Source: a bacterium (GTDB lineage Bacteria; SAR324; NAC60-12). From it: a DNA stretch of 64,000 nt. The stretch covers positions 672,001-736,000 of the forward strand of contig CBDDTI010000746.1 of the NCBI GenBank assembly GCA_965233585.1. The letters run 5' to 3'. Positions 19,361 to 30,051 of the stretch are shown here, in pieces. Under the pieces are notes generated by a model that worked only from the letters and a program-made list of their open reading frames with translations, was not told where the DNA came from and did not search any database. A program made the translations under genes and the position numbers. The stretch's first letter is position 1. Every line of letters starts with the position of its first letter.

Positions 19361-19990
19361 ATGTTGCAGGCAGCGGCCAGTTCTAAGATGCCCTCTTCGT
19401 TTGTCATCAATTTGGACAGATACATCATCAAAGACGTCTGTTCCAAGATTGATCGTGTGAATGAAAAGCTGGGAGAGTTTCTTTCGTGGTGTCTCTTGGC
19501 GATGATTATCATCACGTTTATCGTGGTGCTTTTCCGTTATTTTTTGAATACGGGTTGGGTGTGGATGCAGGAGTCTGTCATGTATTTACACGGCATCGCC
19601 TTCACGATTCCTGCTGCTTATTCTTTTTTAAAGGAGGCACACGTTCGTGTTGATGTGCTATACAGCCAAGTTGATTTTGAAAAACGTGCGTTTTGCAACA
19701 TTGCAGGGACGGTTTTGTTTCTCATTCCAACTTGTCTGCTGACCATCTACTACGGATTCCCTTACGTCTTAGATTCGTGGCTTAATTTGGAAGACTCGCA
19801 GGAGGCAGGAGGGATTCCAGCAGTCTTTCTTTTGAAGTCACTCACCATCATTTTTCCTTTCTTTTTGATGTTGCAAGGGATTTCTAAACTTTTAAATAAT
19901 GTCTTTTATTTGCTTTGTTCTCGTAGCTTCCCAGATGAAGAAAAAGTTAACAGAGCATGCACAGCAGGAATTATAAAAGATGAAAAATAG
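19361..19990 (+). CDS. dctQ: TRAP small permease
   Basis: VVLFRYF, WMQE, HVRVDVLY. The start may lie further downstream. Confidence 0.88.
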   Translation: MLQAAASSKMPSSFVINLDRYIIKDVCSKIDRVNEKLGEFLSWCLLAMIIITFIVVLFRYFLNTGWVWMQESVMYLHGIAFTIPAAYSFLKEAHVRVDVLYSQVDFEKRAFCNIAGTVLFLIPTCLLTIYYGFPYVLDSWLNLEDSQEAGGIPAVFLLKSLTIIFPFFLMLQGISKLLNNVFYLLCSRSFPDEEKVNRACTAGIIKDEK

Positions 19991-21455
19991 CCTCTTCATC
20001 GCTTTTGCGGCGATTAGTGCATTGACTATCTTTGCAGTTTTGCCATTGGGTTTTCATTTTGCTGAAGATGAGTTTTATCCCTTCGTGGCAATTATCATGT
20101 TTTTTGTGGCATTTTTCATTGTCTTGCTGGGTTACCCTGTTGCCTTTAGTCTTGCAGGAACAGGAGTTCTTTTTGCTTTGGTCGGAAGCGTTTTTGACGT
20201 CTTTGATTTAAGTATTCTTGCTGCATTTCCGCAACGGGTGATGGGAGTCATTGGAAATGGACCTTTGATGGCAATCCCTCTTTTTATTTTCATGGGAGTT
20301 GTCCTAGAACGTTCTGACATATCAACTGAATTGTTAGAATCTATGGGGACGTTGTTCGGGAAGGTGAGAGGAGGATTAGGAATTTCTGTTTGTGTGGTTG
20401 GGGCATTATTGGCGGCATCAACTGGCATTGTGGGTGCAACGGTGGTAACGATGGGGTTGATTTCACTACCAACCATGTTGCGCTATCGTTACAATCCCAT
20501 TCTGGCAAGTGGGATTATTACGGCATCAGGAACTTTGGGGCAAATCATTCCGCCCAGTATTGTCTTGATTGTTTTAAGTGATGTTGTCAACTCTGCTTAT
20601 CAGCAAGCACAGTTGAATGCGGGAAACTTTTCACCTCGTTCCATTTCTGTTGGTGATTTGTTTGTCGGGGCATTGGTGCCGGGCTTAGTGCTAGTCTCTT
20701 TGTACATTTTGTATGTGGTTCTTGTCGCAATCTTTTTTCCCAAATCTGCACCTCCTGTTGAAGAATCTGAGAAACTAGACAAAGCCTTAATTGTCAAGTT
20801 ACTGAAGGGGCTGGTTCCTTCCTTGCTTTTAATTGTTGGAGTTTTAGGGTCAATTTTACTTGGGATTGCAACTCCGACAGAAGCCGCATCGGTTGGCTGT
20901 GTGGGGGCATTGTTGCTTGCCTTTTTAAAGAAAAAGCTGACATACGAAATGATTCAAAGTGTTCTCAAATCAACACTCAATGTGAACTGCATGGTGTTCA
21001 TCATCATTTTGGGTAGTAGTATGTTCTCGCTTGTTTTCAGGGGGTATGAGGGAGAAGAATACGTGACAGAGCTTTTGCAATCATTACCCGGTGGGGTCTT
21101 TGCGGCATTGTTGGGAGTGATGTTGCTCATTTTTATTATGGGCTTTTTCCTAGATTTTTTTGAGATTATCTTTGTTGTGATTCCTGTAGTTGGTCCTGTT
21201 CTGCTAGCAATGGACATTGACCCAATTTGGTTTGCGATTCTGATTGCAGTGAATCTACAAACGTCTTTTTTGACCCCTCCTTTTGGCTTTTCTCTTTTTT
21301 ATTTGAGGGGTGTTGCACCGCCTAGTGTAACAACAGCCCATATTTACTTAGGAGCCGTCCCCTTCATCATCATTCAGATTCTTGTCATTTGTCTTTTGTG
21401 GAATGTGCCAGAACTGGCAACATGGCTACCTGAATTGATTTATGGGAAGTCATGA
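19980..21455 (+). CDS. dctM: TRAP large permease
   Basis: GYPVAFSLAG, AASTGIVGATVV, GTLGQIIPPS, NLQTSFLTPPFG. Confidence 0.93.
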   Translation: MKNSLFIAFAAISALTIFAVLPLGFHFAEDEFYPFVAIIMFFVAFFIVLLGYPVAFSLAGTGVLFALVGSVFDVFDLSILAAFPQRVMGVIGNGPLMAIPLFIFMGVVLERSDISTELLESMGTLFGKVRGGLGISVCVVGALLAASTGIVGATVVTMGLISLPTMLRYRYNPILASGIITASGTLGQIIPPSIVLIVLSDVVNSAYQQAQLNAGNFSPRSISVGDLFVGALVPGLVLVSLYILYVVLVAIFFPKSAPPVEESEKLDKALIVKLLKGLVPSLLLIVGVLGSILLGIATPTEAASVGCVGALLLAFLKKKLTYEMIQSVLKSTLNVNCMVFIIILGSSMFSLVFRGYEGEEYVTELLQSLPGGVFAALLGVMLLIFIMGFFLDFFEIIFVVIPVVGPVLLAMDIDPIWFAILIAVNLQTSFLTPPFGFSLFYLRGVAPPSVTTAHIYLGAVPFIIIQILVICLLWNVPELATWLPELIYGKS

Positions 21456-22861
21456 CGTTTGCGTATTCTCTTCTTGAGATTGCACAAGCCCTTCATAGCC
21501 CAACCAAAGTTATTGACAATTCCCAAGTCATCACTAGTTTTGCCATTGATTCACGTCAAGTGAGTCAGGGCGGGTTGTTTTTTTGTATCAAAGGTGACAG
21601 AACTGATGGACATCTCTACGCCAAACAAGCCATGCAGAATGGAGCAAGCTACTGCGTTGCAAATCCAAATGTGCTTAAACAATACTTCCCTAATCTTGAA
21701 TTACCCTGCATCTCGGTTGATGACCCAAATCAAGCTCTCATGGAATTTGGAGCATTTCATCGCAATCATTTAAAAGATTCTGCCCAAGTTGTTGGAATTA
21801 CAGGGAGTGCAGGCAAAACAAGCATGAAAAATACATTGATGAGCTTGTGTAAGAACTTACCTGTCAGTGGAACACTTAAAAACTTCAACAATTTTGTTGG
21901 CACACCCATTTCAATCCTTCATGCGAAATTAGATGATGATTTTTGGTTTGTTGAAATGGGGACAAATCAGCATGGCGAGATTGCAACCCTTTCAAAGATG
22001 GTCAAACCTCATTTTTGCATCATTACAAGCATTGGAGAGGCTCATTTAGAGTTTTTGGGAAACACCGAAAATGTTGCTAGAGAAAAGGCATCAATCATTG
22101 AGGGAATGGCATCAGATGGAATCCTTCTTGTTCCTGAAGACCTCAAGCATCTTGACCTTGTCAAAGAGATTGCTAGTGCCAGAACAGTTGATACTTACGG
22201 AAAATCTCCCCAAGCTGATTATCAAATAGAACATTTGCAAACCAACAAAGAAAGCACCACTTTTAAGATTTCTGGGCAACATTTTATCACTCCAGCTACA
22301 AATCCTCTTGCACTTGAAAATTTGGTTGGGGCATTGGCAGCGCTACGTTCATTGGGACTTTCTTGGCAAGACCTGAAACATCAAGCACAAAATTTCAACA
22401 TTCAAGAACAAGGCAGAATGCACTCCATGCAGATTGGACACTGGACTGTGATTGATAGCACTTACAATTCCAATCCTTGTTCATTGAAAAAAGTTGTTGA
22501 TAGTCTCAAAGCCATGTATCCTCAACGCAGATTGATTGCCATTTTAGGAGAGATGGCAGAATTAGGAGAACAAGCAGTTACTTTGCATCAAGAATGCGGG
22601 GATTACCTTGCAAAGCATGATGTTGCCATTTTGGCATTGGGTCAGGATTTGGCTGAGGCGTATATCAAAGGACAATCTCAAGCTCAACAAAAAGCACCTG
22701 CAAAATTTTTTCAGAAGCTAGAAGATTTGACAGAATACCTTTTACAACTCTCACCACCTACATCAAAAAATGACATCATTCTTGTCAAAGGGTCTCTGTC
22801 CTCATCAATGGACAGAGTGATTGAGTCGCTCAGTCATATTGCAGAGTCAATAGACAAATAG
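21452..22861 (+). CDS. murF: UDP-N-acetylmuramoyl-tripeptide--D-Ala-D-Ala ligase
   Basis: IDSR, DGH, GITGSAGKTS, NFNN..G.P, EMG, AHLE, DSTYNSNP, LGEMAELG, LVKGS. Confidence 0.93.
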   Translation: MTFAYSLLEIAQALHSPTKVIDNSQVITSFAIDSRQVSQGGLFFCIKGDRTDGHLYAKQAMQNGASYCVANPNVLKQYFPNLELPCISVDDPNQALMEFGAFHRNHLKDSAQVVGITGSAGKTSMKNTLMSLCKNLPVSGTLKNFNNFVGTPISILHAKLDDDFWFVEMGTNQHGEIATLSKMVKPHFCIITSIGEAHLEFLGNTENVAREKASIIEGMASDGILLVPEDLKHLDLVKEIASARTVDTYGKSPQADYQIEHLQTNKESTTFKISGQHFITPATNPLALENLVGALAALRSLGLSWQDLKHQAQNFNIQEQGRMHSMQIGHWTVIDSTYNSNPCSLKKVVDSLKAMYPQRRLIAILGEMAELGEQAVTLHQECGDYLAKHDVAILALGQDLAEAYIKGQSQAQQKAPAKFFQKLEDLTEYLLQLSPPTSKNDIILVKGSLSSSMDRVIESLSHIAESIDK

Positions 22862-22921
22862 CCGAAGGACTCAAATAACCTTGAATTTATTGATAATTTC
22901 TTGTTTGAAGACGTTTTGAAG

Positions 22922-23683
22922 ATGAAAAAGAATTTGAAGAATTTGACGTTCGGACTCTTGCTTGTTTGGGGTTTCGTTGTTCCTCAAACGGTGTCAGCTC
23001 AATTGATGGCAGTTTTACAGCAAGACATAGGGCAACAAGCACTTTATGATTTGCAACATGTTGACCCTCAAAAGCGAATTGTTGCCATGCAAATTTTTTT
23101 AGACCGACCACAGCTTTTAGCACCATGGATCCGTTTAGCACTTGGCAAGGCAGAGCATCAACCTTCTCATCTCAAATTATTGTGGCTACTTGGCATGACA
23201 GGGAATGTCAACGATGTTCCTAAATTGCTTAAATTGAAACCTGAAAGGGAAAATTCATACGAATTTCGCATTTGGAAGGGAGCAATGCAAAGGCTTTCAC
23301 AGATTCAAAGAGGGCAGTCTGAACTTGGCATCAGCATTCAAGAAATGACATTCACCCCTTATTCTCAAGGCAATCAACAAAATTCTTACAAAGGTCAACT
23401 GACTTATCAACTGAGCAACGAACTTACAGAAGGACGTCTCATTCAGGTGCAAATGAGAGTCTGGTACGCCAAGCTGGAAAAAAAGAGACCTATGTTTTTT
23501 TTGTGGCTTCCCAAGCAAGGTAAGCTCAAGCAGGATTTGCCTGTTCATCTCATTTTTGAGCCAAACCAAACACAGCAACCAGTCAATCCAACTCGTCAGT
23601 TTCGTATAGATTTAAGCGTTGGAGAAGTCGGCTACCCTGAAAATGTCGTGCATCAAAAGCTATGGAAAACCGTGCCGTTTTGA
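22922..23683 (+). CDS. Hypothetical exported protein
   Basis: MKK-type signal peptide from ATG 22922. No family recognised. Confidence 0.6.
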   Translation: MKKNLKNLTFGLLLVWGFVVPQTVSAQLMAVLQQDIGQQALYDLQHVDPQKRIVAMQIFLDRPQLLAPWIRLALGKAEHQPSHLKLLWLLGMTGNVNDVPKLLKLKPERENSYEFRIWKGAMQRLSQIQRGQSELGISIQEMTFTPYSQGNQQNSYKGQLTYQLSNELTEGRLIQVQMRVWYAKLEKKRPMFFLWLPKQGKLKQDLPVHLIFEPNQTQQPVNPTRQFRIDLSVGEVGYPENVVHQKLWKTVPF

Positions 23684-24420
23684 ATTTTGAGTCAAAAATT
23701 GCACTCATCACGGGTGCAAGCCAACGGATTGGTCAAGCCATTGCTGTGACTCTTGCTCACTTTGGAATGCGAGTAGCCATTCATTATTGCCATTCCAAAA
23801 AACAAGCAAACCAGACGTTGGACTCTTTAGCTGCTGCTGAAAATTTTCATCAGATTTTTCAAGCAGATTTGTCTCAAGTTTGTCAAATCAAAAATTTAGT
23901 CACTGACATTGAATCAAAAATGGGGTGCATCTCTGTTTTGGTAAACAATGCCGCAGTTTTTTATCCAACACCTTTTGAAGAAACGACACAAGAGCAGTGG
24001 GAGCATTTTCAAAACGTCAATTTAAAAGCACCATTCTTTTTAGCACAGGCTGTGGCAAAGTCCATGCTTGCAATAGATGGTGGGCAAATCATTAACATTG
24101 CTGACTGCAACCTTCAAAGACCTGCCAAACGTTTCATTCCCTATGCTGTTTCAAAGTCAGGGTTGCTCACTCTCAATGCGGGATTAGCCAAAGTTTTAGC
24201 CCCAAAAATCAAAGTGAATGCCATTGCCCCGGGGCCTTCTACTGCTGAATCTTCATGTGCGGAACAGTTAAACGAGCTTCCAAATACACGAGCTGAGCAA
24301 ACTCTACTTCAAAAAGTAGGTTCTCCCCAAAACATTGCAAATGCCGTATTATATTTGCTACAAAATGATTTCATCACAGGTTCTGTTTTGACAGTTGATG
24401 GTGGTGCTTCTTTAAAATAG
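23662..24420 (+). CDS. SDR oxidoreductase, pteridine reductase/FolM-like
   Basis: TGASQRIG (Arg typical of pteridine reductases), VNNAA, YAVSK, VNAIAPG, VDGG. Confidence 0.8.
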   Translation: MENRAVLNFESKIALITGASQRIGQAIAVTLAHFGMRVAIHYCHSKKQANQTLDSLAAAENFHQIFQADLSQVCQIKNLVTDIESKMGCISVLVNNAAVFYPTPFEETTQEQWEHFQNVNLKAPFFLAQAVAKSMLAIDGGQIINIADCNLQRPAKRFIPYAVSKSGLLTLNAGLAKVLAPKIKVNAIAPGPSTAESSCAEQLNELPNTRAEQTLLQKVGSPQNIANAVLYLLQNDFITGSVLTVDGGASLK

Positions 24421-24430
24421 GGAAAAACTT

Positions 24431-25807
24431 ATGCTTTGCAGTGTTTTTGAGATTTTTAAGATAGGGGTAGGACCTTCCAGCTCTCACACCATGGGTCCAA
24501 TGAGTGCGTCCGTTAGATTTTTAGAGGAACTGAAACAATTCAAGCTATTTGAAAGTGTCACAAAAATAAAAGTGACGCTTTATGGGTCGCTAGCATGCAC
24601 AGGACGAGGTCATGCAACAGACATTGCAATTTTAATAGGGCTTTTGGGATTCCTGCCAAAAACAGCACCGATTGACCAAATTCCCAAATTGATTGCAACC
24701 ATACGAAAATCTAAAACTCTTCAACTAAACTCTGAAAAATGGATTGAATTTTCAGAAAAATCAGATTTAATTTTCGCAGAAACAGAGTTTTTAGAAGGAC
24801 ACCCCAACGGTATGTGCTTCACAGCATTTTGTGAAAAGCAACAAAAGTTGTATTCCTGTATTTATTATTCTATCGGTGGGGGTTTTGTCGTTTCTGAAGA
24901 AGAGTTAAAACAGGACAAGACAGGGCAGGAACAACATGACGTCCGCTTGCCTTATCCATTCAAAAATGGAAAAGACATTTTAGAAACAGGTCAAAGGTTT
25001 GGCAAAAGTCTTTTGGAAATGGCTTTGGAAAACGAACTAACTTTAAGACCTCAAGAGCAAATCAATCAGATGCTTGATGAGATTTGGCAAGCGATGAGTC
25101 AGTGTATTCAGAGGGGAATCAAGCAAGAAGGTATTTTGCCGGGGGGGCTAGGAATACCAAGACGGGCGCCTACACTACTGAAAAAACTACAAGAAGAAGT
25201 CAACCTTCTACTTCCTAAACAGATGGATTGGCTCAGCCTATATGCCATCGCAGTCAACGAAGAAAATGCAGGTGGCGGACGGGTTGTGACATCACCAACG
25301 AATGGTGCTGCTGGAGTTGTGCCTGCAACCTTGCAATATTACATGAATTTTTGTGAGTCGGCATCAGCTGAAAAGGCTCGTGAATTTTTACTTGTTGCAG
25401 GAGTGATTGGGGCATTGATCAAGCTCAATGGCTCTATTTCTGGTGCAGAGGTTGGTTGTCAAGGAGAAGTTGGGTCTGCAAGTGCGATGGCGGCGGCTGG
25501 GTTGACTCATGTGTTGGGTGGCTCAAACGAACAAATTGAAAATGCAGCTGAAATTGCATTGGAGCATCATCTAGGTATGACTTGCGACCCAATCGGTGGA
25601 CTGGTGCAAGCACCTTGTATTGAACGCAATGCAATGGGTGCTGTCAAGGCAGTTAATGCGGTCTCGCTGGCTTTAAAAGGGGGAGGGGTTCATCTTGTCC
25701 CTCTTGACGTTGCCATCAAAACGATGATGGACGTGGGAAAAGACATGCAAACAAAGTATAAAGAAACTTCACAAGGTGGGCTGGCTGTTAATATTATTGA
25801 ATGTTGA
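24431..25807 (+). CDS. sdaA: L-serine ammonia-lyase (Fe-S type)
   Basis: GVGPSSSHTMGPM, YGSLACTGRGH, VNEENA, GAEVGCQGEVG, TCDPIGGLVQAPCIERN, YKETS.GGLA. Confidence 0.96.
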   Translation: MLCSVFEIFKIGVGPSSSHTMGPMSASVRFLEELKQFKLFESVTKIKVTLYGSLACTGRGHATDIAILIGLLGFLPKTAPIDQIPKLIATIRKSKTLQLNSEKWIEFSEKSDLIFAETEFLEGHPNGMCFTAFCEKQQKLYSCIYYSIGGGFVVSEEELKQDKTGQEQHDVRLPYPFKNGKDILETGQRFGKSLLEMALENELTLRPQEQINQMLDEIWQAMSQCIQRGIKQEGILPGGLGIPRRAPTLLKKLQEEVNLLLPKQMDWLSLYAIAVNEENAGGGRVVTSPTNGAAGVVPATLQYYMNFCESASAEKAREFLLVAGVIGALIKLNGSISGAEVGCQGEVGSASAMAAAGLTHVLGGSNEQIENAAEIALEHHLGMTCDPIGGLVQAPCIERNAMGAVKAVNAVSLALKGGGVHLVPLDVAIKTMMDVGKDMQTKYKETSQGGLAVNIIEC

Positions 25808-25897
25808 CCAAAACTTTCTTCAAACTAAAGACAATTAATCTTTTAATTTAGATTTTTCAAGTGACAAGATGAGATTGGGAAAAATATTTAAATACTT

Positions 25898-27535
25898 ATG
25901 AAAATAGAGCAAAAGTTATTAGAAGAACTACAAGTTAAATGGGACTCCAAAAAAACATTAAATGCCCTTAATGACTGTGATGAAGTTTATGAAAAGCTTC
26001 TGACTCTACTTGCTGAAAAACTAAATAGCTATCATCAAGAAGCCTTATCTATTCAGTTTTACCGCCTGACTTTAGGATTTTGGTTGCAAAGTTTTATTCA
26101 TATCGTGTACGACCATTTTTTGGGAATCCAGCAAACAAATTCTCAGCAACAACTTGCACAAATAGAACTCACTGAACAGGTGGTTTCTTGGCATCATCTT
26201 GATCAAGTAAAACACCATTGCGGTTATCCATCTGATACATGGCAACGTCAACTTTATGTTTCTGTTGCTCGTGAAATGCTAAAACTAGGAAGCACAAGAC
26301 AAAACGCTTTTTTTTCTAATGAATTGCAAAATTTTTCTCATCAAGCCATTGAATTAAATTCTTTGAAATGGAGAGTATGGAAGAAGCTACAAAAATTGTT
26401 TAATCCTCAAATCACAATTTGTAATCCTTACATGAAAATAAGTGGAAGATGGAATTTGATGTTATTTCATCTGCTGACCTTTAGAAGCTGGATTTGGGAT
26501 AACTTTGAAAGACCTTATTCTGTGAACTATGCTATTGATTCAGAATTTAGAAAGCATCACTTTTTGAAAGCAGAAGAAGAGTTTACAACTATTGTAGGAC
26601 AATTAATTTTTTTGTATTTACCTGCAATTTTCTTAGAAGGTTTTCAAGAGTTTAGACAAAAAGTTAAACAGATGGAACTACCCAAAACTCAAGTTTACTA
26701 TTCAGCAAATAGTATTCTTTTTGATTCTATTTTCCAGTTTCATGTTGCGGAACATAGAAGCCAGTGTCGTTTATTACTTCATCAACATGGAGGACATTAT
26801 GGAACTTCAAAGTTTCTTATTCTTGAAGAGCATGAAAGGTCTGTTTGTGATTATTTTTATACATGGGGTTGGAAAGACCAAACAAATGACAAAGTGAAGC
26901 ATTTGCCCCCACCAACATTTCACATAGTCCACAGCAAGAATAAAAGAGGTATTTTGTTTATGTTGGGAAGGACCCCACGGTTTACTTATCGTTTGCACTT
27001 AGAATTTAATCCCATCAAACAAAAAAAAGATTATGAAAATAGCATTCTGTTTCTTCAAAAGATTCCTGATGATTTTGACCTTTTAATTAGACCATGGCCA
27101 GCAGATATGGGCTGGAATTTTTCAAAGATGTTGCAAGATGCAAAGATTCAGTTTGCTGTTGATGACTTTTCTCAAAAATCTTTATTTCACATGGGACAAA
27201 GAAAACTTGTTGTGATGAATGAAGCATGTACGGGGTTTTTGGAGACACTGGCATCTAATGTTCCAACAATAGTGTTTCACAGTATAGAACCCCATGCGTT
27301 TCGTAAGGAGGCATTGCCATACATTCAACAACTTGAATCTGTTGGCATTTTTTACACAAGCCCTATTTCAGCGGCAGAACAGGTGAAGCAAGTTTATCCT
27401 GATGTAGAAAGTTGGTGGAATCAGCCTGAAATTCAAAAGGCAAGGCAAGAGTTCATCTATCAATATGCACGTCTCAGTCAAAACTGGTTGAAAGACTGGA
27501 AGCAAGAGTTTTGCAGAGTTCTTAAAGAAAATTGA
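25898..27535 (+). CDS. LIC12162-family putative (glyco)transferase
   Basis: LP..FLEGF, QHGGHYG, FYTWGW, TGFLETL, L..VGIF and WW.QP.IQ motifs. AT-rich. Confidence 0.65.
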   Translation: MKIEQKLLEELQVKWDSKKTLNALNDCDEVYEKLLTLLAEKLNSYHQEALSIQFYRLTLGFWLQSFIHIVYDHFLGIQQTNSQQQLAQIELTEQVVSWHHLDQVKHHCGYPSDTWQRQLYVSVAREMLKLGSTRQNAFFSNELQNFSHQAIELNSLKWRVWKKLQKLFNPQITICNPYMKISGRWNLMLFHLLTFRSWIWDNFERPYSVNYAIDSEFRKHHFLKAEEEFTTIVGQLIFLYLPAIFLEGFQEFRQKVKQMELPKTQVYYSANSILFDSIFQFHVAEHRSQCRLLLHQHGGHYGTSKFLILEEHERSVCDYFYTWGWKDQTNDKVKHLPPPTFHIVHSKNKRGILFMLGRTPRFTYRLHLEFNPIKQKKDYENSILFLQKIPDDFDLLIRPWPADMGWNFSKMLQDAKIQFAVDDFSQKSLFHMGQRKLVVMNEACTGFLETLASNVPTIVFHSIEPHAFRKEALPYIQQLESVGIFYTSPISAAEQVKQVYPDVESWWNQPEIQKARQEFIYQYARLSQNWLKDWKQEFCRVLKEN

Positions 27536-29940
27536 TGATTGTTGAAGTTGTTTTCAATATTCCTTTGCAACAGGCTTACGATTATTTATGGTCTCAAGAT
27601 TTAGATTACCAGCCCAAATTGGGACTTCGTGTGTTAGTGCCTTTTGGCATGCAAAAAAAGGTTGGAGTTGTTGTTAAAATCAAAGACTCGTCTGACTTTG
27701 AAAAGCTCAAAGATGTAGAAAGTCTTTTAGATGACACGGCAACTTTTGATAAAAACTTGCTTGAGCTGACTCAATGGGCGGCACACTATTATTTTGCAAG
27801 TTGGGGGGAAGTGCTGGCTTGTGCCGTTCCCGGTGGACTGAACATTAAAATCAAACGCACTTATTGGGTAGAAAATCCGCAATTAGATTTGTGGAACGCA
27901 CAACGTCCTGAAATATTGAATTTGTTTCAAAAAAAATTTTGGAATCCTACCGATTGGAAAAAGGTCAATCCCACCCCTAAAGAACAAAAGCTACTTCAAT
28001 CTTGGATAAAACAAGGTTGGATTCAAGAGTCTGTTGAAGTTGAAGAAAACCGATTGAAACCTAAACTTGAACGTTGGGTGAGGCTGGTTGAAGCCCCTGC
28101 GATGTTGCCTTCTAAAAATCCACGCAAGCAAACCAAGCGGGATAAAATCCTCAAATTACTCCATGAAGAAAAAGAAATCGCCTCTTACCAGATTAAAAAT
28201 CACGTGCCTGCCCCTTCCAACATTCTCAAACAGCTCAAAGAGCAAGGAATCATTGAGTTTTTTGAAAAAGAAGCGACGCGTACAATCACCAAAGTCAATC
28301 ACTCAGAACCTGAGGCATTTCAAGATTTAAATCCAGAACAAACCCTAGCTTTTGACAAAATACAAGAGGCTGTCAAAACTCAAAAATATCATGCGTTTTT
28401 GTTGCAAGGCATCACAGGCAGTGGCAAAACAGAAGTTTACTTACATGCTACAAAATGGGTTTTGGAACATGGAAAAACATGTTTGGTGCTTGTTCCTGAA
28501 ATTCCCTTAACTTACACGTTTGTCCATCGTTTTCAAGCAAGGTTTGGTTCACAAGTTGCCGTCTTGCACAGTGGCATGAGTGATAGAGAACGATTTGATG
28601 AATGGTACAAGGTCAAGACAGCCAGATGTCCCATTGTGATTGGCACTCGGAGTGCCATTTTTGCACCATTAGAACAAATCGGTTTGGTCATTGTTGATGA
28701 AGAACATGACCCCTCTTACAAGCAGAATGATTCCCCTCGCTACAATGCCAGAGACCTTGCCGTCGTCCGTGCTAAGTCTTGCAATGCAACCTTAGTGCTT
28801 GGTTCAGCAACGCCTTCTTTGGAAAGCTATCACAATACAGTTCAAAACAAATATCAAAGGCTTTTGTTGCCAAATCGTGTCAGTCATGCAACGTTGCCTG
28901 AAGTGGTGTTGTTGAATTTAAAACAAGAACTTCGTCAAGAAGGCTGTTATTTTTTTTCTAAAAAATTGGTAGAAGCCATTCGTGAAAGGCTGAATCGGAA
29001 TGAACAAAGTTTGCTGTTTCTCAACAGACGGGGTTTTTCTCCTTTGTTAGAATGCCGTGAATGTGCATGGACTGCCACTTGTGAGAATTGCTCACTTGCC
29101 TTGATTTATCATCAAAGCGACTTTTCTATCCAGTGCCATCAATGTCAATACAAGCAACGCCTGCCCCAATTTTGCCCGCAGTGCCAATCTTCTCATTTAA
29201 GGCAGGTTGGCACAGGCACAGAACAAATTGAAGAAAAAATCCGCATCATGTTTCCAGAAGCCAGATTATTGCGTATGGACAGGGATTCTTTGCGTGGTAA
29301 AGGAATTTTGGAAAAAGCGATTGAAAAAATTAAAAGGCTGGAAGTAGATATTATTGTAGGAACACAGATTGTGACCAAAGGGCATGACTTTCCAAATTTA
29401 ACTTTGGTTGGTGTCTTGTTGGCAGATATGTCTTTGAACTTTCCAGATTTTCGTTCAGCAGAGCGGACATTTCAAATCATTGCACAGGTTTCAGGTAGGG
29501 CAGGCAGGGCAGAAAAAAAAGGCGTGGCACTGATTCAAACATACAATCCAGAACATCACAGCTTGCAATATGCCAGACAGCACGATGTGGAATCTTTTTT
29601 GAAGCAAGAGTTAGATTTTCGTAGTGTTTTACAACGTCCCCCTTTTCATCGTATAGCGTTAGCTTTGGTCTCTAGCACTGATGAAAGACAAGCAGAACAC
29701 CTTTGCAAGATGTTTTGCCACGCACTAGCCGTGCCTCAAAATCCCCATGTGCAAATTTCTCAACCCATTCCAGCACCGATTGCTAAAATCAAAAATCGTT
29801 TTCGTTGGCAACTTTTCTTGACAGCATCTCGTCCTTTTGAAATTCAAAATTTACTTGCTCAAATCTGGACGAAGTTTTTACCTTCCATCAAAAAACAAGA
29901 CCGCATCAACATTGACATAGACCCATACCATTTGTTGTAA
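27532..29940 (+). CDS. priA: Primosomal protein N' (replication restart helicase)
   Basis: GITGSGKTEVY, LVPEI, VDEEHD.SYKQ, GSATPSLES, LNRRG, four CxxC pairs, KGHDFP, QVSGRAGR. Confidence 0.97.
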   Translation: MMIVEVVFNIPLQQAYDYLWSQDLDYQPKLGLRVLVPFGMQKKVGVVVKIKDSSDFEKLKDVESLLDDTATFDKNLLELTQWAAHYYFASWGEVLACAVPGGLNIKIKRTYWVENPQLDLWNAQRPEILNLFQKKFWNPTDWKKVNPTPKEQKLLQSWIKQGWIQESVEVEENRLKPKLERWVRLVEAPAMLPSKNPRKQTKRDKILKLLHEEKEIASYQIKNHVPAPSNILKQLKEQGIIEFFEKEATRTITKVNHSEPEAFQDLNPEQTLAFDKIQEAVKTQKYHAFLLQGITGSGKTEVYLHATKWVLEHGKTCLVLVPEIPLTYTFVHRFQARFGSQVAVLHSGMSDRERFDEWYKVKTARCPIVIGTRSAIFAPLEQIGLVIVDEEHDPSYKQNDSPRYNARDLAVVRAKSCNATLVLGSATPSLESYHNTVQNKYQRLLLPNRVSHATLPEVVLLNLKQELRQEGCYFFSKKLVEAIRERLNRNEQSLLFLNRRGFSPLLECRECAWTATCENCSLALIYHQSDFSIQCHQCQYKQRLPQFCPQCQSSHLRQVGTGTEQIEEKIRIMFPEARLLRMDRDSLRGKGILEKAIEKIKRLEVDIIVGTQIVTKGHDFPNLTLVGVLLADMSLNFPDFRSAERTFQIIAQVSGRAGRAEKKGVALIQTYNPEHHSLQYARQHDVESFLKQELDFRSVLQRPPFHRIALALVSSTDERQAEHLCKMFCHALAVPQNPHVQISQPIPAPIAKIKNRFRWQLFLTASRPFEIQNLLAQIWTKFLPSIKKQDRINIDIDPYHLL

Positions 29941-30006
29941 AGAACAGATTACTTGGGGACTCTGACAATGACCAAAAACTGAAATTATAAGACGGAAAAA
30001 AGAGAA

Positions 30007-30035
30007 TGCAGAACGTGACGAACGTCACGCCTGCA
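30007..30035. terminator. Hairpin between convergent priA and the lipoprotein gene
   Basis: TGCAG-AA-CGTGACG-AA-CGTCACG-C-CTGCA. Confidence 0.4.
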
Positions 30036-30051
30036 AGATTTAAGAATGAAT

